A stretch of 56,122 nt of DNA, counting the filler, from Sphacelaria rigidula (taxonomy: Eukaryota): the NCBI GenBank assembly GCA_964200075.2. It is 6 parts of 6 records of this genome, joined end to end, with 100 filler letters (N's around TTAATTAATTAA, not from the genome) between each part and the next. Parts side by side here need not be neighbours in the genome. Positions count along the whole stretch, not along the records: positions 46,855 to 56,122 come from CAXNAA020008872.1; 5 more parts are not named here. One strand, written 5' to 3'. Positions 47,573-56,122 of this stretch are shown here, one piece after another. The translations under genes were made by a program, and so were the position numbers. Positions within the stretch are counted from its first letter, which is position 1; each line of letters opens with the position of its first letter. Below the pieces are notes generated by a model. That model was not told the origin of the DNA. It saw nothing but the letters and a program-made list of their open reading frames with translations, and made no database searches.

Positions 47573-47951
47573 CACACGCGGCTCATCGGCTCCCCCTCAA
47601 AAGTACCCCAGAGGATGCATATATATACTCTTCGGTGTCCAAATTTTTACAGAGCACACGGCATATGAAAGCTCTGGGGTGCAAATATTCCTCTGGAGAT
47701 AACTTCCACCAGGCTTGTACATCGAGAGTATTTCAAAAGAATATTCAAAGAGGGTCGAGATTGCTAGAAAGTATATGGAATGTGAAACCTCTAGAGGGAG
47801 CATATCCTCGGGAGGAAATCAAGCCCTCCAGAGGATTTCAGAGGTGGTCAAATCTTCTCCAGTGAGCAACAGTGACTAAAGCAGGGTATTACGAAAACCT
47901 CCCGAGGGTTGGAAGCTATATCGCTGGATGGGAGCCGATTGGTCACGTGTG
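47573..47951. mobile_element. CACACGCGG-ended MITE, copy 2
   Basis: TIRs cacacgcggctcatcggctccc / gggagccgattggtcacgtgtg; same internal motif. Confidence 0.75.
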
Positions 47952-48470
47952 AAGAGTTACTCGTTCTCATCCTCGCAATCCCATTCTCACATATCTCATT
48001 CTTGGGGTAGAAAGAAGTGCATACGATCATGCGTGTTTTGAAGACGTCAGCTTACCCGAGAGAATGACGTATGCAGGAGATGAATAGCGTATCTTCCTCC
48101 TTCAACCAAGGCAAAGGGCCATTGCACGAAGACGCGGAGCACGTGCACCATTATCATTATGAACGTATGTTTTCTTCTGTCTGTCTTCTCTTTTTTTCTC
48201 GTGTTCTTGACATGTTTTCAGCCTCCATCCTCTTCCCTCTCCCAAGACAAACAAAGAAACCTCGAGTCTCAAGGGATGAAAACCCCATCCCTACCGTCGT
48301 ACCTGCACACTTTTACCTCCGTTACCTGACATTCTGTCTATACAAAAACTACTGCGGATGAGGTTAGAACACACTCGTGCACCGGGTCGCCTCTCGCGAG
48401 AAATTGTCATCAGCCTCTCGCGTCCTCCTGTTCAACGACCGAAATCAGATTTCCCTTGGACAGAACATAT

Positions 48471-48767
48471 GTCGCCGCCCTCCGGTGGTCTAATGATGCG
48501 AATGTCACCTTGAGGTTGGAGAAAACGTGAGTTCGATCCCCGCTGGATGCATTGATTTTTTCTTCGAAGTATGATCTGACTTCCACCTTCTTCGGAAGCG
48601 TGAGTACATGAGTAGACAAGAAGTAGTTGATCGAGAGTTTGTTTGACGAAAGTTGACGCGGTGCGAGAGTGCCGACTCCATCCGCGAGGATTAAAGTGCA
48701 ACGCGTGTACCAGGGAGAGATGGATTGATCCCTTCAGACCACGGACTCGTCGCCAGGAGGGCGGGGG
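48471..48767 (+). mobile_element. tRNA-derived SINE
   Basis: A-box-like tggtctaatga and B-box gttcgatccc. Tail gggagagatggattgatcccttcagaccacggactcgtc. Confidence 0.8.
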
Positions 48768-49483
48768 CGTTTAGAGTTTAGGTTCTGACGAAAACAAAAC
48801 AAAACAGCTGTCTCTCGAGATTCGAATCCCCAAATTCTCGCCCACGCGGAACATGGGCGAATAATTCAACCATTTAGTCAAGTGCACGTCTTGTAGTGGG
48901 ATCATTAGTTCCCCTTGGGCGCCAGATATACCTTCGGAATACTGCCATGGGCTGGTTATTCTTCAATGCTGACCCCGACGCGACATAGCTACGTGAAAGC
49001 CCCTCTCCGATCGCTACGAGTAGCACGCATTCACTAACAACCAACCCGGATGATGAATGACGCGATGACGTGTACTCCGTGCTCCCAAACCCCTGGCGCC
49101 ATATATATTATTGCCCAGTTAATTATTATCTTGTCATTTCCTTTCTTTCCTCTTGCTTTTGTCTGCTGCGGCTGTATTCTTTTTTCTTTTCCGAGCTGGG
49201 CCAGCAGTAAATCTAGCACTTGGTTCCCACACCACAACTTGTCAAGTTTCGCAAATCAGCGCGACTTGAGCATATCGCTGTGAGCTGTAAACCGACCTGG
49301 TGACACACGGTACCGTTGCTGGTCGATTGGCGCAGTATTAGCGATGATGTTATTGTACTGCACTAAGTACCGGGTACGTTTGCTGTCGTCGCGTGACAGC
49401 GTGTCCGGAGACGTGTCATGTCACAAAATGCGGTGGGATAACGACAAGACAGTCGCGCCGCACAGGCACACGAGTACCCGATG

Positions 49484-49828
49484 CGGTGTTGAAAATCGAA
49501 CGGAGTAAGAGTTCGATACGATTTTTTCAAATATCTTCGAAAAAACGTCAATATCGATATTTTTATCGATACTCGGATCATAGTCGAACAGCCGGTTTTC
49601 TGGTTTTCCGGGCCTTTTCTGCTGTTTTCGAAGAAGTGTCATTTTTGCAAGAAAAGGGGGGGGGCTATGATGTGAATGCACTACCCCCGTCCACTTTTTG
49701 GCAGGCGGGGCCCCCGAGAGAGCCAGTTTCCGTATCGAAAGTATCGGCTTACCAGCTTGCGAGTCCGATCGATACTGAGAGAAATGCCGATACTCGATAT
49801 TTCGATACATGATTGATTTTCAACACTG
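49484..49828. mobile_element. hAT-like MITE
   Basis: TIRs cggtgttgaaaatc / gattttcaacactg. Flanks ACCCGATG / GCCCGATT (6 of 8 match). ATCGAT-rich interior. Confidence 0.75.
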
Positions 49829-49957
49829 GCCCGATTGCATCAAGCTCGTCAAGAGTAGCTCCATCATGGGAGAGGACCTCCGAGCCGACTGTCGTATATC
49901 ACCATACGAGCGAGAGGTACCACTTGAACCTGCGCTACACCCCTCCCCCAAAAGCAA

Positions 49958-50229
49958 GACACGTGGCTATTTGGCTACCTCCAAAATTCCTCCCGGTGGG
50001 TAAACTTTTCGAGCTTCCAGAGGGATCAAACGCCTCCGGAGGGTGCGCGGCCCTCCAGAGGAAATGTTTTGGTTTCCTCCAGAATATTAAACGCCTCGGG
50101 AGGCTTATTTTTGGTAGAGTGTGGTTTCCTCCAGAGGGATTGAAGGCGTCCGGAGGCTTGTTTTCTCCCTGGAGGGCCGTGCATCCCTCCGGAGGCATTG
50201 TGGGGATACGCCAAATGGCCGCGCGTGTG
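49958..50229. mobile_element. CACACGCGG-ended MITE, copy 3
   Basis: gacacgtggctatttggctacc / gccaaatggccgcgcgtgtg. Shares gggatcaaacgcctcc with copy 1. Confidence 0.75.
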
Positions 50230-51053
50230 GGCCGTCACCAGAATATCGAGACCCTCCGCAACCCGGAGGGATCGGCGCCATCATTATATTATGTACACAA
50301 GAAGTTAATGATCACGTCGGGATTCGAACTCGTGACCTTTGCAATTGAAGGTTGTTGTATCAGTTTGAAGATCGGGGCGCAGCCGTTTCACATGCCGAAT
50401 TTCAGGATTTTTTGGCCGGAATTTCACCACGATCTTCTAAACAGAAGGACGCACGACAACACGACGGATGCGGCCGTATACTTTTATTTTTTACGAAATT
50501 AAAAGCATTTTTTCCAGTTTTTGCAGATACTTCAAATCGCTCCAACTTTCTATTTTGTTTTGTTTACTTGGCACCCCGCGTATTGTTGTGCGTAGTAGGG
50601 GTATCTCAATCTCGAGGTTCCCGATATATTTACTGTAAATTACTTCTGTTGTGAAATATACCGAGAATCTCGAGTTTGAGATACCTCCATTCATGATGAA
50701 AAAAATAATGTGTCAAAATTTCAGCCCCCAACTTCTCGGATTACCCACAGCTGGGCCCGGAAACATTCACGAATCACTGACGGCTGGCCCAACTCGTAGC
50801 TGTCTGCACGTGCTCTTCTCGTTCTCAGCTTTGTTACTGTAATAATATCGTTGTGAGTCGTGTTCCTTCCTGCCTGCATATCTTATACCGTATATTTTTC
50901 CCATACGTTTCCCATTCCTGAAATTGTTTTGCTTCCCATACGGCGTGTGAGTTCTTCCGCTTGATTTATTTACCGCTACTGTACTGTAGGTACATACGCA
51001 CGTCAGTCTCGTCATCCAACCACGGCTGCATTCTCTGGTGATCGGTGAATTAA

Positions 51054-51253
51054 CCCTTGGACCGTTGTCCAAAACCATCTAGATCACGCATATTTTGTTT
51101 CGAGTGAACATTGATGCCGATTCAGCAGGCAACCTGCCCTCGCGTTCAAAGGGTCAACCTTCCAAGGCGAGAGTAGGTCATCTGTTGAATCGGCATCATT
51201 TTCACTTGAAAAAAGTATGCATGAAGACGGATTACCCTCAAGATCTCGAAGGG
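51054..51253. mobile_element. piggyBac-type palindromic MITE
   Basis: TTAA|CCCTT ... AAGGG|TTAA. Internal hairpin tgatgccgattca / tgaatcggcatca. Partial copies near 13940-14030, 26810, 46995-47068 and 54410-54485. Confidence 0.8.
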
Positions 51254-51944
51254 TTAATGCGTGTGCCACAATCCATCAACGCTAATGATCGAAGCCCCCT
51301 GTTATTCACAGAACTCCCCTGGTCGTCGCGATTCCCAAAAGCCGTTCTGATGCACAAGCTAAGATGGAGCATACACAAAGGTTTCCGATTGTATTTCCTG
51401 GCATGCACCAGGTATTCTGTCTCTGCCCCACTCTGATCCATTCTGCGCTGCACTACTACTACTGCTGTTAATGTATTTCCGTTATGATCGTAGTTTACCG
51501 ACCGAGCACCAGTCATGCGTGGCGTTCTTGACTCAACAAGCAAACGCCAACAGTCAGTGGCAACCAACAACCGACAGCGAACTAACACAATACCAACATG
51601 ATTGAGTAATTACTATACGTGAAGTACTCTGCGTATTCCTTTGTACGAGGGGGGGGGGGGGAGTAGGCGGAAGGCAATGGTCAGACGAACCCAGCAACCA
51701 AGATAATGGATAACACCCCGACTAAGGCTAACCGTAACTCCGATCCCAGCTTAAGGCGGACCGAAATTCCTTTGGCGGAGGGCAGGGGGGGGGGGGGGGG
51801 GGGGGGGGCCCAGGGGGCCTCAAGGAAAGGGGGGGGGGGGCGGGGTGGGGTCGGGGCCTGGGGCGGGCGCGGTTTGTCNNNNNNNNNNCCCCCCACCACG
51901 ACGTCGCCCGCGCGCCGCCGCGGGCCGGGCGGGGAGACTGGGGG

Positions 51945-51975
<31 letters not shown>

Positions 51976-54900
51976 CGCGGGGTGCCCAAGGTGCTCTAAG
52001 GAAAGCGTGGGCTGGCCGCGCTCGAATCGGCGCCTTGGAGAGCGCCGATTTTAGCCAAAATGCGTATTATACGTCTGCTGGGCGAGCTTGTGTCTTCGTT
52101 TCCTGAACATAGCCTCGCTCACTGCTTTAGTGGGTAAACTTTTCGCTTCCCGAACATAGCCCCCCCACGAGCTCCCTCAGCAGATGCAGTACGCTAAGAA
52201 GCGAACAGTTTACCCATTGAACGAGTGAGCGCTCAGTGGTCTAATGGGTAAAGTGTTCTCTTTCTGAACAAGCTATGAGCTCTGTAAGAATCCGACTATA
52301 TTGATCTCGCGCTAACGCCAATTTTGTGTTTAGCAGTCAGATTTTTGTCGCCGGGTTTGCATGAGCCCCAGGGTACCCTACCTTGTACTGTACTGGATAT
52401 CCGCTTTTTCACCGGAGTGTTGTCCCCGTTCATAAGCGCTGACGACGTCTCTCTTGTGGCAACGGGAGGATTCGTATCATGGCGGATGATCAATCAACGT
52501 GCAACAGCTGATGATTGATCATTGACGAAGCGGTTCAAAGGGACATCGTGCCGTTCGTTCCTACACACGAGTAGAAGAGATAGACCGTCTTGGCGGGACG
52601 TTGTCACTGGGCGCGCGCGCTCAGCGAACCGGATGCTGGCTGTCAATGATTCTATTCTACAACTGGCTCGTTTTGTCGCACTTACTGGCTTGATTTCTTT
52701 TTTAAATGTTCCGGACACTTGAAGAAGCACAAAACAGGAGGCAGCGCAGCATTATCCAGTTTGGTGGCAAGTTGAATTGAAGAGCTTTACCCGGGGATCG
52801 AGCATACTGTCGCTTAGTGTGCTGTGTTGTCCGTCTGCACTTTTGTACGAGATTCGTTTTGCTTCCGAATTTTTCGCGGTACCGTGGAGACAGCACAGCC
52901 AGCGCTAGCGACACCACGGTGAAATGAGTTCACGGCAGACTTGTTCCATGACGTAAATTCCGTGTGGTGAGACGGGACTGTGAAGGATCACGTGGAGAAT
53001 CGCTGTAAAACATGAAATGAAAGATCTTGCCTTTAGAAAGGAGGAATAGAAGGGTCGGCGGGGCGGGGGAGGGCGGGGTGGATGGGTTAACAAGTACACC
53101 CTGCGTAACGGTAGTACAACACAAACAGTTGCACACTCTCTGAAAGGTCCCCGACAAGGGTTTTGAGAGTTTATCGACAAGACCTTGAGAGTTCCGACAG
53201 CGGGCAGTTGTGTTTTTTGTCCAGTACGAGCGGCATGACTTTTTTTGTGGAAGATTGAAAATTTTCCGATATATACATATATGTACATACATACACTTTC
53301 GTACTCGCTCGTCATACGTACCGCTGTGTCGTGCTGCGCCAGAACATATCGTATACGTACTTTTGTAGGAACGCGGCTGCTGCTGCTGCTGCTGCTGCAG
53401 TGCACGTGCTTTCAGTTATTGACAGGGTCCTCATTAGCTACGTACTGTCGTGTCACTACTTCTGATTAGCGTGGGCAGTGAGCAGAGTACAATTTATACC
53501 TTGGACGAGGTGAAAGTCGGGCCGACGCCTTCTCGTGAGCCACTGACAACCCCAGAATCTTACAGTAAGTAGTATTACTACGGACAGACCGACAGACGGA
53601 GCACCACGGACCGGAAGATACTCGCCGCCCCCACCCGCCCAGCTCGCACGATCGAGTCCTGGCAAGATCTTACTTCCGCGTCACTCTCCGAAACACAGCA
53701 AAATCATCTGTCCATGGTGAGTGGTTCGAAGTCCTCCTGCGTGAGACCGACCGATTACGCATTTGCGAAAACGAACGTCCTAAGAACGGTTTCCGAGGAA
53801 GCAGCCCCGGAACTTTCCCCCACTCTACTATTTTCTGATGGCGCAGTCTATTCGTTGTGGTTGGAACAGGCGGTGATGTATATATATATATTATATATAT
53901 TATTGTGAGCTTCCTGTTGGATCCTTTTAACCTGTGTGCACTACGGAAGAAGTATGCGTCCGTTTCCGTTCTCTTTCTTCATGAATGTTTCCGAACACTC
54001 TCTTGTCGTGCTACGCCCCTATTTGAAGGTAAGGGGTACCGTGGGTAGATGCGACGGTGGTGGCGAAACGAACCAGAGTTTGGTAGGACGACTGTCGTCG
54101 GGGGGAGGGGTGGGTGAGGACACGGACAGTACAGACAGTGGAGCTTGTTTTGCGAAGAGGTCACGACGATCATGGTTGCATCTGCATGCGATTGTCGAAC
54201 CTTCGTACGGTTGTTGGAGCTCAACAATTGAACATGAAGAGTGTAGCAGCCGTTCGTCCATTTGCTCGTGTTCAGTTGAAGGAGCGAGCACAGTCGCGGT
54301 TCAGAGTACAGCGACAAAGCCACGCTAAACGACAACTGTTGTTGTAACCGCGCACTACAACAAAAAAGATGACTTCAAAAACAATTTGGACCACCCGCGT
54401 GAATCATGTCTTGAATCGGCATCATCTTTACCTCAAAAATGAAGTATCCCAGACCACCGACCCACCGTGGCGACTGAAGAGTTGATCGCTACTGCCGATA
54501 CATGACCACGCAGTAAATGTTCAAGACACTCGCTGTAGCTCTGCAGCGTCCTCCTCCTTCTCCCTTGTTCGGCACAAGTCCAGCACATCGAAGAACAGGC
54601 AGGGAAGGGGGCGGTCCCACGCCCAACCCACGGTTGGTATTCTCCTCTGCTGTTCGTAGGACATCAATCTTCTCGTATACACTGCAATATCTTGGCACGC
54701 TAATACTCATGTCTACAGCCGCGGAGCTGTGAAGAAGAAGCAGGGAGCAGCGAGAAAACGATGGTTTACGAGTGGCTTCGCAGCCCTCCCACTCCTTTCC
54801 CTCCCGCTCTTGTCGTGCTATCCTGCCCGCACCAAGACGATCCGGATTCGCTCCTCGCATGTTAGAACATTGGATATTAAATGCACGTGTTGGCTGAATT

Positions 54901-55181
54901 ATCATCGTCGTTACAGGTCGCGTTTTCACTGTTTGGTTCTAGGCCGCGGTGAACGCTTCGGCTCATCGAGGTTCTTTGTAAACTTCCTCAGTTTTGAAGT
55001 GGGGGATGATACCGCAATTCAACGTATGTCCCAACTGCAGGCGATTATCAAGGGGGTGGTTGGTACGCTGCACGCAAGGGAGCGATCCTGACTCCGTCGA
55101 TCTGTGTGTTCACTAGTTAGCAGGGTGAACTTGGCCCACGCGGTTATATTGCGGACACCGAAATCTTGATCTTTAATGGGG

Positions 55182-55333
55182 GCTCCTAGCGTGCGCAGAA
55201 CGCATTTTTGTCTAAATCGGCCGATTTTGAGGTCTGTCAACGTATACTTTCACTAGGGAACCCTTTGATTCGCCCTTGCCCGAATGCCCTCGTTGTGCCT
55301 TCGTTGGGGTTGGGGTTCGGGCTAGGGTTAGAG
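55182..55333 (+). repeat. Interspersed element ending in telomere-like units
   Basis: Homologous to 33610-33763. Confidence 0.65.
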
Positions 55334-55947
55334 TTGTTCGAAATCATTCATTCCCGAGAAAGTTTGTAACCCTACCAAGTGGCAAACTAACCTTATTTTT
55401 ATACGAATGCGAACGTGATTGTTTCTTGTTCTTGAATTCGACCCTTTGACCTTCAACGTGGGATCACCTGGTGAACAATCGATATATAATGTTTTCCTCA
55501 AAACAGAAAATGGATTTAACGCCCAAATGACCCACCCTGCGGTCTGTTGAAGTGTTAATGCAGAAAGATCCCCACGAACCTTGCTGGATGGGTAAAAGAG
55601 GGATTAAAAAACAGAAAATCGGTCAATGGTAAGACTCTCGGCATCATGATGTTCATCTTTACCTGTCTTGTTACTGGTGAAAGCGCTTGTCGGTGGCATT
55701 TGGTCTGTCGTGTACTTGAAGTGGGTGACCAAACATGATTGAACGAACGGCTCGCGGTTACGGGCACGATTGGCGAGGGGCAACACGGTGTGCAGCATAT
55801 CACGACAGCGGGTTGGGTGGGCAGGATTTTGTAGACAGACACCACAGCTGGCATACACACATTGTTTTCAGACTGTATATCGGCCTTCTTCACTGTAAAG
55901 TCATGCCACGATAGCAACCCCCCCCCTCCCACACACACACACACCAG

Positions 55948-56122
55948 GCGCTCCGTCTCGAAAATGACGCGTAGTAAATGGTCAAACAACGACGAAGGCA
56001 AGTGACAAATGAGTATCCCCCCCCCCCCCCCCCCCCTCTCCCCTGGTCCGGCGAAAACCCGGCGTGCTCCGTCCCGGCTTCGTAGGGATGTGAGATCAAT
56101 GGTCTTATGCCTATGGCATGCA
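55948..56122 (+). mobile_element. Tandem C-tailed retroposon ends: family A, C-run, family B (cut by window end)
   Basis: gctccgtctcgaaaatgacgcg...aatgagtat + C-run, then cctggtccggcgaaaacccggcgtg...atggcatgca. Confidence 0.8.

Noticed and set aside
48471-48545. tRNA genes at SINE heads (also 19900-19971, 36910-36975 and 50310-50380)
   Set aside because: A/B boxes are present but there is no convincing cloverleaf, and the main copies continue into a shared repeat body.
48077-49916. Candidate exons 48077-48164 and 49845-49916 on the + strand
   Set aside because: Splice signals are plausible, but direct joining gives an early stop and I recognise no protein family, so they are unsupported.
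51785-51980. Gly/Pro-rich ORFs and a G-quadruplex island
   Set aside because: This is low-quality G/C homopolymer sequence around an N gap, so the base calls are unreliable.

Overview
This window is not one continuous locus. It is six unplaced eukaryotic contigs (1-9272, 9373-18644, 18745-28015, 28116-37385, 37486-46754, 46855-56122; lengths 9272, 9272, 9271, 9270, 9269, 9268, i.e. size-sorted) joined by artificial 100-nt N44-TTAATTAATTAA-N44 spacers. Short exons in long repeat-filled introns, GTGAG/GTACG/GTGTG donors, TTAGGG-like tracts and the repeat families suggest a brown alga or related stramenopile (inference). Recognisable genes are four in-frame exons of the deadenylase PAN2 (contig 1, +), three in-frame exons of a YGGT/YlmG-family membrane protein (contig 4, -) and exons of an unknown coiled-coil protein (contig 2, -). 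The rest is mostly mobile DNA: a decayed Ty3/gypsy pol, a gag-protease LTR element nested in a Ty1/copia relic, tRNA-derived SINEs, and hAT-, piggyBac-, TA- and CAC-ended MITEs. Three observations stand out. (1) A LINE-like retroposon family ends in C-runs instead of poly(A), has target-site duplications that begin with C-runs, and stacks in its own tails. (2) A 244-bp-arm, indel-free hairpin lies in the YGGT intron, with G.U bias on the host-gene strand (candidate miRNA/siRNA locus). (3) The gypsy integrase carries a chromodomain followed by a Tudor-like domain.
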